64,000 bases of DNA from Nitrospirota bacterium (GTDB lineage: Bacteria; Nitrospirota; UBA9217). This document shows positions 20,485-30,892 of this stretch, piece by piece. The number at the start of each line of letters is the position of its first letter. Position 1 is the stretch's first letter. The translations under genes were made by a program, and so were the position numbers. The stretch is from the NCBI GenBank assembly GCA_035623825.1, contig DASPSR010000028.1, forward strand, positions 38,778-102,777. The letters run 5' to 3'. The notes beneath the pieces are model-generated. The model ran no database searches. It was not told where the DNA came from and worked only from the letters and a program-made list of their open reading frames with translations.

Positions 20485-21371
20485 GGTGCCGATTCCTCCA
20501 GGAGATTCAGCTTTTTGACGGCCGTTTTGAAGTCCGCCTCGGAGACGTTGGTCGGCTGATGGATGGCCTTATTCCGCAATCCCAGCAAATCACTGAAGAG
20601 TTCCCTTTTGAAGTGGCTGATGCGGCGTCCCTGCTCCATCTCTTTCAGGCCTTCGGAGAGTGCGGGGAACGTCCTGCCGGTCGCCGCCTGGGTGAATTCC
20701 TTCAGCCGATTTTCCAGATGATATCCGAGCAGGAGGGCGGCCACGACCTTCTCCCCGGTCCTATAATATTCCAATGCCTGCTCGGCCGACACGTTGCCTT
20801 TGACGATGCGGATATTCTCCGTTGATTCGATTTCGCCAGGGGCCAGATGCTGTATTTTTTGATAGACCTCCAGGCACTTGTCAATCATGTTCTTCTCAAG
20901 ATAGGTCTCGGCAAGGAGAAAAAGATCCCGGATGCTTTCCGCGCCTTCCTGCTGCTTCTTGGAAAAGGAATAGGCGCGACGGAGAGCATCCGTCTTGTCG
21001 TCCTTCTTGTCGAGCACGTCGAAATGCCTGGCCCAGCGCTTGCCCTTCAGCACATTGTCCTTCGTGAAGCGGAAAAGTCGTTCCGAAACCTCGCTCTTGT
21101 CCAGCTTCCCGCTGATAACGATGATGTTCAGCGTCGGGTGGGTTTCAAAGAGATCCGGCAAGGCGTCGATCCCTTCGTTCATCCGGTCGAACTCTATATC
21201 GAGCGTCATGAGGTCGAATACCTGAGTCGTCAGGACACGCAGTGCATCCCTGACGCTGACCGCCTCGTGAAACCGCAGGTCGGGCTCGTCACCCCCGAGC
21301 GCCCGCTGAATTTCGAGTTTGAGGAGCTCACGGTCCTCGTAGTCGTCGTCGGCGATGAGCACCTTAAACAT
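20481..21371 (-). CDS. Response regulator: REC + TPR + HEPN/DUF4145-like domain
   Basis: VLIADDD, LTLD phospho-Asp, ISG and K. One TPR, then AALLLGYHLENRL...LRNKAIH (RxxxxH). Confidence 0.78.
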   Translation of the reverse strand: MFKVLIADDDYEDRELLKLEIQRALGGDEPDLRFHEAVSVRDALRVLTTQVFDLMTLDIEFDRMNEGIDALPDLFETHPTLNIIVISGKLDKSEVSERLFRFTKDNVLKGKRWARHFDVLDKKDDKTDALRRAYSFSKKQQEGAESIRDLFLLAETYLEKNMIDKCLEVYQKIQHLAPGEIESTENIRIVKGNVSAEQALEYYRTGEKVVAALLLGYHLENRLKEFTQAATGRTFPALSEGLKEMEQGRRISHFKRELFSDLLGLRNKAIHQPTNVSEADFKTAVKKLNLLEESAP

Positions 21372-22398
21372 CGGGTGCCTCCTCGACGAAGGGAAGATTG
21401 ATGATTATTTCCGTTCCAGTGCCGGGAGCCGTATATCCCTTGCCGATTCTGATTTTTCCGGCGTGGAGACCGACAACGTATTTGGCAAAATAGAGCCCCT
21501 GCCCCCAGCTCTCGCCGATGCCTCTCCCCTTATAAAAGCACTGGTCCGCTTGCTGCTCATCCATCCCGACTCCCTCGTCCCGTACGGAGACCGTCACATA
21601 TCGTCTGCCGACGTCCCGGTCCATCGCGCATGACACCTGAACGCGCGCGCGTGGCTGGCCCGGTTTTTTATACTTGACGGCATTGTCTATTACATTTTCA
21701 AACACCGTCTTCAGCAGCGGCGGTGCTGCATAGATCATTGGCACATTCATGCTCTCATGGATCGTGATGTCGGCGAGGTCGCCGTATTGAACTGCCAAGT
21801 CCCCAAGCATGGTCCTGAGGTCGCAATTCTTGAACTCGACCAGGCTCGCCTCGCGCTCATCGGATATTTTTTTAAATATCTGGATGTCGGCAAACAATTT
21901 GTCCAGATTGTCGTCAATGCGCTCTCTTGAGTCCTGCGGAAGACCGGGAAGCAGGTCGATCCTTCGCTTGATCCTCCCAAGGTTATTTTTGAATTCATGC
22001 CCTATCGTTGCAGAGATGTAGCGGATAAATTCGTTCCGCCTCGCTATTTCCTGGTTTTTAAGTACGAGCAGCATGTTCTCTCGCGCTCTCCTCTGTTTTT
22101 GCTGGTAGACGACGGAGAGATACAGGCTGAAGGTGGTAAATGAAACGATCATGGTCACAAAAGCGTAATGGGCGATCCTGTTGGAGGCGTCGAGCTGTTC
22201 CTGCATGATGGAAAGGCGTTGGTCGAGGCTGGCCTCCGGAGGGGTCGCTCCCTTCCACGGCATCAGCCATAGTTCTAGACGACCAAAAGGCGGGATGAAC
22301 CGGTCAAGGTAGACCATGCCAAGAACAAGCAATATAAACACCATCAGGGCGGTCAGCACCAGGGCCCTTAGCCTTTGATAAATGTCAGGGTCGGACAT
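21364..22398 (-). CDS. Membrane sensor histidine kinase
   Basis: Two TM helices, H-box IGHEFKNNL, N-box ENVIDNAVKY, G1 DEGVGM and G2 GQGLYF. Confidence 0.92.
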   Translation of the reverse strand: MSDPDIYQRLRALVLTALMVFILLVLGMVYLDRFIPPFGRLELWLMPWKGATPPEASLDQRLSIMQEQLDASNRIAHYAFVTMIVSFTTFSLYLSVVYQQKQRRARENMLLVLKNQEIARRNEFIRYISATIGHEFKNNLGRIKRRIDLLPGLPQDSRERIDDNLDKLFADIQIFKKISDEREASLVEFKNCDLRTMLGDLAVQYGDLADITIHESMNVPMIYAAPPLLKTVFENVIDNAVKYKKPGQPRARVQVSCAMDRDVGRRYVTVSVRDEGVGMDEQQADQCFYKGRGIGESWGQGLYFAKYVVGLHAGKIRIGKGYTAPGTGTEIIINLPFVEEAPDV

Positions 22399-22639
22399 AA
22401 TCATACAATTTATTACAAAACACCGATTTTTACAACAGGAAAAGAAGCAGCACAATTGATGGTCTGTGCGGCCTCTGCACTTGTTCAGTGAGGCCCTATC
22501 TCTTCATGTGCCTCATGCTCACTGCGCCAAACAACTTTCGACTTTGCATTTTATACCGGCCTGACGCTCCGTCGCTCGGGCACCCTGTGCGTTGGCTGAT
22601 TTCAAAAAAACCAGGGCAAGCAGTACTGTCCAGCGAAAC

Positions 22640-22930
22640 GGCGTAAAAAAATTGTTTGACACCTCCGACCGATCATAAAAGGTGGAACAGCGCCATGCCG
22701 GTCGGGAACAGTTAGAATAACAACAGCATTGGCGCAAAACCAAAGTCGCTCCCAGGCCGTGTGTGAGGGAATGACACGGCAATCTTAACATCCGAAAGGG
22801 AGCAGATAGTGAGCCAGGGGTTCGGACGGCTCTGCAATGGGTTGCGGGTGCGAATAATGAAAACAACGAGCACCTGCATAGCCATGGACTCAATGAACCA
22901 ACCTGTATGAAAGAGTGGTTTCAGCGTGAA
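22640..22930 (-). pseudogene. Remnant of the C-terminus of a Mg2+-transporting P-type ATPase (MgtA-like)
   Basis: LFHTGWFIESMAMQVLVVFIIRTRNPLQSRPNPWL...FGFAP matches the MgtA TM8-9 pattern. No N-terminus and a premature stop. Confidence 0.7.
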
Positions 22931-23000
22931 AAACGGCAAGCATGACGAAGAAAGTGAGGAAGTCAAGTCACCGTTCGTGCTAAAATAGTAAGATACTTCC

Positions 23001-25751
23001 ATGCTCGACAATCTCATCATAGAAGGGGCGAGACAGAACAACCTCAAGAACATATCCCTCGTCATCCCCCACAACCAGGTGACAGTGGTCACGGGCCTCT
23101 CGGGCTCGGGCAAGTCCTCCCTTGCCTTTGACACGATCTTTGCCGAGGGACAGTGGCGATATATCGAGTCCCTCTCTGCCTACGCGCGCATGTTCCTCGA
23201 GAAGGTGAGCAGGCCTGAGCTGGATGCAATCCGGAACGTACGGCCCGCTGTCGCCCTGGAGCAGAGAAACCCGGTCAAGACGTCACGTTCCACGGTGGGG
23301 ACGGTCACTGAGGCAGCAGATTATCTGAGAATCCTGTATGCGAAAATCGGGAGGATCTTCTGCCCCCGCTGCGGAAGCGAGGTCAAACAGTTTAACTCCT
23401 TGTCAGTGGGGGACGAGATCCTGCGACTCTATCGTGACCAGAGGTTGCAGGTCCTCTTCCCCGTCGCAGTGCCGAAGGGAGAGCTCCACAATGTCCTGAC
23501 GGATCTCACGAGGAGAGGGTTCGGAAGGGTGAAGACGGAGGCCGGGCTCACGGATGCGGACGCGGTCTCGGAACTCCCGCAGGAACCATCCGAGATCTTC
23601 GTGATCCTTGACAGGATCGTCGTGAGGCCCGGGGTCCGTTCCCGTCTTGCAGAATCCCTTGAGACCGCCTTTCTCGAAGGTACAGGCGAGGCGGTGATCG
23701 AGACGGAAGGGCAGGTCAGGCGGTACTCGCTCGCACTTCGGTGTATGAACTGCGGCATTTCATTCGAGCGCCCCCGGCCTCTGCTCTTCTCCTTCAATCA
23801 TCCCATTGGCGCATGCCCAGAATGCAAGGGGTTCGGCAACGTCCTTCGTTACGACGAAAATTTAATTCTGCCTGACCTCTCCCTCAGCCTCGAGGAAGGG
23901 GCCATCGAACCATGGACCAAGCCCGCCTACCGGTGGTGGATGGAGCAGATGCTCGAAGGAGCCCCAAAAGAAAAGATCGACACCGCGCGGCCGTTCCATG
24001 ACCTTTCGAAGCGGGCCCGCTCCCTTGTCTTCAAGGGCTCGGATGCCTTCTACGGAGTAAATGACTTCTTCGAGCATCTCGAAAAGAAACGCTACAAACT
24101 CCACGTGCGGGTCTTCTTGAGCAGGTACCGGAGAGCTGTCACCTGCTCCGCGTGCGGGGGGACAAGGCTCAAGCCCGAGGCGCTGCAGGTGAAGATTGCG
24201 GGTGTAAATGTGGCTGCGCTCTCGGCCATGCCGGTGGAACAGCTCAATGAGTGGTTCCGTAACCTCGCACTCTCCGATTTCGAACGCCGGATGTCCCGGG
24301 AGCTCGTACGTCGCATAGTGCTCAAGCTTGCATTTCTTCAGAGTGTCGGCCTCGGTTATCTGACCCTTGACCGCCAGACGAGGACGCTTTCCGGCGGCGA
24401 AGCGCAGCGGGTGAACCTGGCGAACCAACTCGCGTCGAAATTGACCGGCACCCTCTATGTGCTTGATGAGCCTAGCATCGGGCTCCATTCGCGTGATACG
24501 GTGAGGCTCGCACAGATTGTGCGTGAGCTTGCGGAAATGGGCAATACCGTGATTATCGTTGAGCACGACCGGACGCTCATCGAGGCCGGCGACCATGTCG
24601 TGGAGATGGGCCCTGCTGCTGGCGAGCGCGGCGGACGGGTGGTCTTCGCCGGCCCGATGGCCCCCTTCCGCGAGAGCTCCTGCCTTACAGCGCGGTATCT
24701 GCGCGGCGAGGAAAGGATCCCCGTCCCGAAGAGGAGAAGGAGACAGGAGAAGAGGTTTCTCGTGATCTCAGGAGCCGCTGAGCATAACCTCAAGGACATC
24801 GACGTGAAGATCCCGCTTCATACTATGACCTGTATCACCGGCGTCTCGGGCTCGGGAAAGTCCACCCTTGTCCAGGACACGCTCTACCGGGCACTGGCGC
24901 GCTCTTTCAAAATGTCCTCTGATACGCCGGGGAAATACCGGGACATCTTCGGAATCGAACATGTGAAGGGAGTAAGGCTTATCGATCAGGAGCCCATCGG
25001 CAAGACGCCGAGGTCGAATCCTGTCACCTACGTGAAGGCATTCGATCTCATCCGGAAATTTTATGCGGAGCTCCCCGAGGCGAAGATGAAAGGGCTTACC
25101 CCCGGCCATTTCTCCTTCAATGTTGCAGGAGGACGGTGCGAGATGTGCAGGGGAAGCGGAGTTCGGAAGATCGAGATGTACGTCTTCGGGGACTTCTTCG
25201 TCACCTGTGATGAGTGCAGAGGCAAGCGGTACAGGCCCGAGGTCCTTGCGGTCAGCTACAAGGGGAGGAACATCCACCAGGTCCTGGAGATGACGGTGAC
25301 CGAGGCCCTGGCCTTCTTCCATCAGGATTCGCTTCTGGAGAGACTCCGGTCACTCGCAGATGTGGGCCTGGGATATCTGCGCCTCGGCCAGCCTGCCACC
25401 ACGCACTCCGGCGGGGAGAGCCAAAGGCTCAAGATATCCCGTGAACTCGGTGGCCGGGGCGTGCGTGACTTCATCTATATCCTCGACGAGCCGACAACCG
25501 GGCTCCACTTCGAGGACATCAAGAAGCTCCTCGAGGTCCTGAATGCACTGATCGATGCAGGGAACACCGTCGTAGTGGTCGAGCACAACCTCGACGTAAT
25601 CAAGACGGCGGACTGGATCATTGACCTCGGACCCGGTGGCGGAGAGGACGGGGGAAGAATCGTGGCCGACGGTACCCCCGAGGTCGTGGCGCGGGTGAAG
25701 GAATCGTGGACAGGCAAATATCTAAAGGGGTATCTGCGGGATCGCCCCTGA
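23001..25751 (+). CDS. uvrA: Excinuclease ABC subunit A
   Basis: GARQNNLKN, two GLSGSGKS/GVSGSGKS Walker A motifs, zinc fingers, LSGGEAQR and LDEP. Confidence 0.95.
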   Translation: MLDNLIIEGARQNNLKNISLVIPHNQVTVVTGLSGSGKSSLAFDTIFAEGQWRYIESLSAYARMFLEKVSRPELDAIRNVRPAVALEQRNPVKTSRSTVGTVTEAADYLRILYAKIGRIFCPRCGSEVKQFNSLSVGDEILRLYRDQRLQVLFPVAVPKGELHNVLTDLTRRGFGRVKTEAGLTDADAVSELPQEPSEIFVILDRIVVRPGVRSRLAESLETAFLEGTGEAVIETEGQVRRYSLALRCMNCGISFERPRPLLFSFNHPIGACPECKGFGNVLRYDENLILPDLSLSLEEGAIEPWTKPAYRWWMEQMLEGAPKEKIDTARPFHDLSKRARSLVFKGSDAFYGVNDFFEHLEKKRYKLHVRVFLSRYRRAVTCSACGGTRLKPEALQVKIAGVNVAALSAMPVEQLNEWFRNLALSDFERRMSRELVRRIVLKLAFLQSVGLGYLTLDRQTRTLSGGEAQRVNLANQLASKLTGTLYVLDEPSIGLHSRDTVRLAQIVRELAEMGNTVIIVEHDRTLIEAGDHVVEMGPAAGERGGRVVFAGPMAPFRESSCLTARYLRGEERIPVPKRRRRQEKRFLVISGAAEHNLKDIDVKIPLHTMTCITGVSGSGKSTLVQDTLYRALARSFKMSSDTPGKYRDIFGIEHVKGVRLIDQEPIGKTPRSNPVTYVKAFDLIRKFYAELPEAKMKGLTPGHFSFNVAGGRCEMCRGSGVRKIEMYVFGDFFVTCDECRGKRYRPEVLAVSYKGRNIHQVLEMTVTEALAFFHQDSLLERLRSLADVGLGYLRLGQPATTHSGGESQRLKISRELGGRGVRDFIYILDEPTTGLHFEDIKKLLEVLNALIDAGNTVVVVEHNLDVIKTADWIIDLGPGGGEDGGRIVADGTPEVVARVKESWTGKYLKGYLRDRP

Positions 25752-25937
25752 AGGTCATTAATCTAGCGTCCGCAAACGTCGACGAATCGTGCGCCTGGAG
25801 GGCGCCGCCCATACAAAGGGAGCGGTTTGTCGCGCAGTGCCGGTCGGTTGTTCTTCTCCCTCGACAAAAATTCGAAAATGTTTTAATATATGCTTTCTCT
25901 TAACGCAGCATCTAGCAAGCAGGAGCGTGCAAAATCC

Positions 25938-26969
25938 ATGAAACTTCACTTCACCAGGAATAACGGCCTCGTGGACGAGGTCATCGACAAATTACTGGAA
26001 ACTGCCGAAGGTATCCGGCGTCCTGAATATGTCCGGGAGATGATCATAGCCGCGCTCAAGGCGGGCCAGGAGGACGACGAGAGCGCGGACCTCAAGCTCA
26101 TGAACACCACGCTCAAGGAGATGCGGTTCACCTCGAAGATCTTCGGCCCTTACAGAAACGTGCGCAAGGTCACGGTCTTCGGCTCCGCGCGAACGGAGCG
26201 GAATGAGACGGTGTACGAGATGGCGCGCAGCTTTGGCCGAAAGCTCGCCGAGTCAGGCTACATGGCCATCACAGGCGGCGGTGGCGGTATCATGCAGGCC
26301 GTGAACGAGGGCGCCGGGCCCGAGCATTCCTTCGGCGTGAATATCCGCCTCCCGTTCGAGCAGAAGCCGAATCCGGTGCTCACCGGCAATCCCCGCCTCA
26401 TCACGTACAAGTATTTTTTCAACCGCAAGGTTGCCTTCCTCAAGGAAGCGGACGCCGTGGCCCTCTTTCCCGGCGGTTTCGGCACGCTGGATGAGGCCAT
26501 GGAGACGCTCACGCTCGTTCAGACCGGAAAGCGCAATCCTCTGCCGCTCGTGCTCGTGGACGAGCCGGGGGGTACCTACTGGACAGCATGGATCCAGTTC
26601 CTCGAGGAAGAGATGCTTGCACGGGGATATATTGGCGCTTCGGATTTTTCGCTCTTCGATCGGGTCAACTCCGTGGACTCTGCGGTCAACCACATAAACC
26701 GCTTCTACAGCCGCTACCACAGCATGCGGTATGTCGACGGACAGCTCGTGATCCGGCTTACGTCACCGCTCGCACCGCATCATATCCAAAAGCTCAAGGA
26801 GCGTTTTCGTGACATCCTCCTGCCGCAGGGGGATATCGCGCTTTCAGGGCCGCTTCCCGTAGAAATGGATGAGCCGGAAATCGCACATTTGCCAAGGCTC
26901 GTCGTGGATTTCAACCGTAAGGACTTCGGCCAGCTCCGGAGCCTTATTGATGCGATCAATGAATTCTGA
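25938..26969 (+). CDS. LOG family protein (nucleotide monophosphate nucleosidase-like)
   Basis: VTVFGSAR, ITGGGGGIM.A.N.GA, KYFFNRK and PGGFGTLDE. Confidence 0.92.
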   Translation: MKLHFTRNNGLVDEVIDKLLETAEGIRRPEYVREMIIAALKAGQEDDESADLKLMNTTLKEMRFTSKIFGPYRNVRKVTVFGSARTERNETVYEMARSFGRKLAESGYMAITGGGGGIMQAVNEGAGPEHSFGVNIRLPFEQKPNPVLTGNPRLITYKYFFNRKVAFLKEADAVALFPGGFGTLDEAMETLTLVQTGKRNPLPLVLVDEPGGTYWTAWIQFLEEEMLARGYIGASDFSLFDRVNSVDSAVNHINRFYSRYHSMRYVDGQLVIRLTSPLAPHHIQKLKERFRDILLPQGDIALSGPLPVEMDEPEIAHLPRLVVDFNRKDFGQLRSLIDAINEF

Positions 26970-27141
26970 TCCAGCCGGGCTCTACGATAGACCATCCAGC
27001 GGAACGTCCGCGGCGAAGCGATCCTGCATTCCCTACGGCACCTGGACAAAGGGGACCGATTCGCCCCTGTCCCGTCATGGCGAAACGTTGAATCAGCCCC
27101 TCCCCTAATACTTATGCCGGACAGGACAGGCGCCCCTTCTC

Positions 27142-27169
27142 TTGACATTCTTCCGGGCGGTGTTATCCT
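27142..27169 (+). promoter_or_regulatory. Putative sigma70 promoter of the Mo-oxidoreductase operon
   Basis: TTGACA-N16-TATCCT with a TGn extension. Confidence 0.5.
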
Positions 27170-27275
27170 TTAACCATGCGGCAATAACCAGCCAAACATT
27201 AATCTTCCCACTTCAATCGAACAGCTATTCAGACTTTTCGGACAGGGATGTAAAAATAAAGCGTGGAGGCGTCCT

Positions 27276-27731
27276 ATGATAATTCTTGAAATCAACGATA
27301 AAAACTACACGGTTGATGTCGCGCCCGATGTTCCGCTGCTCTGGGTCATCAGGGAGCGGCTCAAACTCACGGGTACAAAATACGGCTGCGGCATCGGCAT
27401 GTGCGGCTCCTGTACGGTGCACATTGACGGCAAGGCCCAGCGGTCGTGCCAGACGACCGTCGGAGACGCACAGGGCAGGAAGATCACCACCATCGAAGGG
27501 CTTCCGGAAAACCATCCCGTCAAAAAGGCATGGGTACAGGAACAGGTGCCGCAGTGCGGCTACTGCCAGTCTGGCCAGATCATGCAGGCAGCCGCAATGC
27601 TTGCCGAAGACCCCCATCCCTCGGAAGAGAATATCCTTCAGGCGATGGACGGCAACTTATGCAGGTGCGGCACCTATTCGAAGATCAAGAGCGCGATCCT
27701 ACTCGCTTCGAAGGGAGGGCGCAGACCATGA
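27276..27731 (+). CDS. (2Fe-2S) subunit of an isoquinoline/aldehyde oxidoreductase-type enzyme
   Basis: TGTKYGCGIGMCGSCTV, QCGYCQSG and NLCRCG. Confidence 0.96.
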   Translation: MIILEINDKNYTVDVAPDVPLLWVIRERLKLTGTKYGCGIGMCGSCTVHIDGKAQRSCQTTVGDAQGRKITTIEGLPENHPVKKAWVQEQVPQCGYCQSGQIMQAAAMLAEDPHPSEENILQAMDGNLCRCGTYSKIKSAILLASKGGRRP

Positions 27732-29896
27732 AGACGACCATCACAAGAAGACAGTTCCTGAAAATCACTGCGGGTACAGGCCTCAGCATAGCCGTTGCTG
27801 CAACGCCCTTGGGATATCGGCTGCTGTCCGCGGCAGAGATAGAGAAGGAGCCCTTCAGCTTCCGTCCGAGCGTCTGGCTGAAGATATTGCCCGATAATAC
27901 GGTGATCGTCGCGGTGAACAAGTCAGAGATGGGCCAGGGCGTGTACACATCGCTGCCCATGATCATTGCGGACGAGCTCGATGCGGACTGGAAGAACGTG
28001 AGGATGGAGGCAGCCCCGGCGGGCGACGTCTACAAAGACCCGGCGCGGGGGATGCAGTTCACCGGTGGCAGTTCGAGCGTCAGGAACATGTATGAACCTC
28101 TTAGGAAGGCCGGTGCCGCGGCTCGAGAGATGATCCTGACCGCAGCATCGCAGGAATGGGGCGTGCCGCTATCCGAATGTGCGGTGGTAATGGGAAGAGT
28201 GCGCCACCTCATGGGGACGCGCACCCTCAGCTATGGGAACCTGAGCGAGCGGGCGTCAAGGCTTCCCGTTCCGCAGAACCCCACGGTCAAGAAAGAAAGC
28301 CAGTTCCGCTACATCGGCACGGAAGTCCCTCGGCTCGACGTGCGTGACAAGGCGAACGGCGCTGCGATGTTCGGGATCGACACCTTCGTCCCCGGCATGG
28401 TCTATGCCGCGATTGCCCGTCCGCCGGCATACAGGGCCGACCTGGAGACCTTCGATAAAGAAGCCGCACTTAGAACAGCCGGAGTACGGAATGTGATGCC
28501 GCTCTACAGCGGTGTCGCCGTATGCGCAGACACGATCGATGCGGCGTGGAAAGGGAGGGATGCCTTGAAAGCGGACTGGCAAAAAGGGCGCTATCCCGAA
28601 CTGACGACGGGGTCGCTCGAAAAGGATTTCATTGCGCGCTTGAATTCCAAAGGCATAACCGCGAGAAATGACGGAGACGTATATGGAGCAGTCACCCAGG
28701 CTGCAAAGAAGATCGAGGCGACCTACATCCTGCCCTACCTCTCCCATGCCACCATGGAGCCCATGAACTGCACGGCTCATGTTCGTGCGGACGGATGCGA
28801 CATTTGGGTTCCGACGCAGAACCAGACCGGGGTGCAGGCTCTTGCCTCGAGGATGACGGGATTGAAACTTGAACAAATAAACATACATACCACCTATCTC
28901 GGCGGCGGATTCGGAAGGCGCTTCGAAACGGATGTCGTGGAAGAGGCGCTCACCCTTTCAATGTCCACGGGCATGCCGGTGAAACTTGTCTGGAAGAGGG
29001 AAGAGGATCTTCAGAACGACTTTTACCGTCCCGCCAACTGCTGCAAAATCACAGGCGCGCTCGATGGGAGCGGCAATCTTACGGCATGGTCCCATATCAT
29101 TGTCTGCCCGTCCATATTATCACGCGTCCGTCCGCAGTCCATGAAGAACGGTATTGACAACGCGGCCGTGGAAGGGCTGGTGAACATGGAATATGAGATC
29201 CCGAACGTAACGGTGGAATATGTGCGGCTTGACACGCCCGTGCCTGTTGGCTTCTGGCGGTCTGTGGGGAGTTCGCATAATGCCTTTACCGTCGAGAGCT
29301 TCGTAGACGAACTTGCCCACGCGGCCGGGAAGGACCCGCTCGAATTCAGGCTCGGACTCCTTAAAAAGCATCCTCGGGCGCAGCGTGTGCTTGAAGTGGC
29401 CGCGGAGAAGGCAGGATGGAACAAGGCGTTGACCAAAGGACAGGCCCGCGGCATCGCGTACCATCTGTCATTTGGAAGTTATGTGGCCGAGGTCGCCGAG
29501 GTTTCGGCAAACAAAAAAGACGGGACGATAACAGTGCACAAGGTCACCTGCGCGGTCGACTGCGGCCCGGTCGTAAACCCGGCTATCATTTCGGCGCAGA
29601 TGATGGGCGGGCTCACCATGGGCCTGAGCGCCGCGCTTAAGGAGAAGATCGAGTTCGGGAACGGCGGAGTCAAGTCAGAAAACTTCGGCGACTACGAACT
29701 CCTGCGGATGAGCGAGGCGCCCGAGGTGGACGTGCATATCGTGAAGAGCGGGGAAAAACTGGGCGGTATCGGAGAGCCCGGCGTACCGCCCATCGCGCCG
29801 GCTGTGGCGAATGCCGTTTTCGAGGCTACGAAGGCAAGGGTACGGCGCCTGCCGATGAAGCCAGCCACAATTCTTGAGGCATTGAAGCAGGTGTAA
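27728..29896 (+). CDS. Molybdopterin-binding subunit (xanthine dehydrogenase / IorB family), Tat-exported
   Basis: Tat motif TRRQFLK, SEMGQG, HATMEP, LGGGFGRR, WRSVG and GIGEPGVPP. ATGA overlap. Confidence 0.95.
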   Translation: MKTTITRRQFLKITAGTGLSIAVAATPLGYRLLSAAEIEKEPFSFRPSVWLKILPDNTVIVAVNKSEMGQGVYTSLPMIIADELDADWKNVRMEAAPAGDVYKDPARGMQFTGGSSSVRNMYEPLRKAGAAAREMILTAASQEWGVPLSECAVVMGRVRHLMGTRTLSYGNLSERASRLPVPQNPTVKKESQFRYIGTEVPRLDVRDKANGAAMFGIDTFVPGMVYAAIARPPAYRADLETFDKEAALRTAGVRNVMPLYSGVAVCADTIDAAWKGRDALKADWQKGRYPELTTGSLEKDFIARLNSKGITARNDGDVYGAVTQAAKKIEATYILPYLSHATMEPMNCTAHVRADGCDIWVPTQNQTGVQALASRMTGLKLEQINIHTTYLGGGFGRRFETDVVEEALTLSMSTGMPVKLVWKREEDLQNDFYRPANCCKITGALDGSGNLTAWSHIIVCPSILSRVRPQSMKNGIDNAAVEGLVNMEYEIPNVTVEYVRLDTPVPVGFWRSVGSSHNAFTVESFVDELAHAAGKDPLEFRLGLLKKHPRAQRVLEVAAEKAGWNKALTKGQARGIAYHLSFGSYVAEVAEVSANKKDGTITVHKVTCAVDCGPVVNPAIISAQMMGGLTMGLSAALKEKIEFGNGGVKSENFGDYELLRMSEAPEVDVHIVKSGEKLGGIGEPGVPPIAPAVANAVFEATKARVRRLPMKPATILEALKQV

Positions 29897-30046
29897 CAGG
29901 GATTCATGCAAGTGACCGCACACAGGCGTCGAGGACGTGGAGGGAAAGCACGAATCTTTGTTTTCCTTTTTTGAATGTCTTGCGCTCATTCCGCCTCTGC
30001 GGATCATGCCTTAATTGGGATAGCTTCGTTTCGAAGGGGAGGAACC

Positions 30047-30892
30047 ATGCAGATTTATGAAGAAGTTCTGAGGCTCAAACGCCAGGGCAGGGCGTCTGCC
30101 ATCGCCACAATCGTCGAATGCCGCGGCTCGTCGCCGCAGAAGCAGGGTGCCAAGATGCTCGTGCGGGACGACGGCTCGATCATGGGGACTCTGGGAGGGG
30201 GCTGCCTCGAGGCTGACGTGGTCCAGGCAGCCCTCATGACCATGAAGGACGGGAATCCCCTGATACTCCCTTTCGAGCTCACCGAACGCGAAGGCGGACT
30301 GGTGTGCGGCGGCACTGTGGTCGTCTACATCGAACCAGTCCTGCTCGAACCGCACCTCGTGATTCTCGGTGCGGGCCACGTAGGGAAGATGCTTTCGAAG
30401 CTCGCGCGTTTTACGGGGTTCAGGGTGACTGTGGTCGACGACCGGGAGGAATTCGCGAATAGGGAGAACATCCCCGACGCAGACGACCTCCGCGTAAAAA
30501 AATTTGAAGGGGCATTCGAACAGGTGACTGTCGACAGTGGAACCTCCATCGTGGTCGCGACGCGAGGTCATAACCATGATCTCGATGCTGTCAAGGCTGC
30601 GCTCAGGACCGAGGCGGGATATATCGGCCTTCTCGGCAGCAAGCGTAAAAAAGGGCTCCTCCACAAGGCTCTCAGAGAAGCCGGATTTTCAGCAAACGAT
30701 ATCGACAGGGTCATTATCCCCGTGGGCATCGATATCGGCTCGGTTACGCCCGAAGAAATCGCCGTGAGCATCATGGCGCAGATCATCCAGTGGAGGAGGA
30801 ACCATGGGTCTGCCAGTGTCGGCCGTGCTTCTTGCGGCAGGTTCATCGAAGAGGATGGGACAGCCAAAACAGCTCCTCCAGCTCGGCAATAG
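30047..30892 (+). CDS. xdhC: XdhC/CoxI Moco-insertion chaperone
   Basis: GSSPQKQGAKM, GTLGGGCLE, GAGHV, YIGLLGS and TPEEIAVSI. Confidence 0.95.
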   Translation: MQIYEEVLRLKRQGRASAIATIVECRGSSPQKQGAKMLVRDDGSIMGTLGGGCLEADVVQAALMTMKDGNPLILPFELTEREGGLVCGGTVVVYIEPVLLEPHLVILGAGHVGKMLSKLARFTGFRVTVVDDREEFANRENIPDADDLRVKKFEGAFEQVTVDSGTSIVVATRGHNHDLDAVKAALRTEAGYIGLLGSKRKKGLLHKALREAGFSANDIDRVIIPVGIDIGSVTPEEIAVSIMAQIIQWRRNHGSASVGRASCGRFIEEDGTAKTAPPARQ

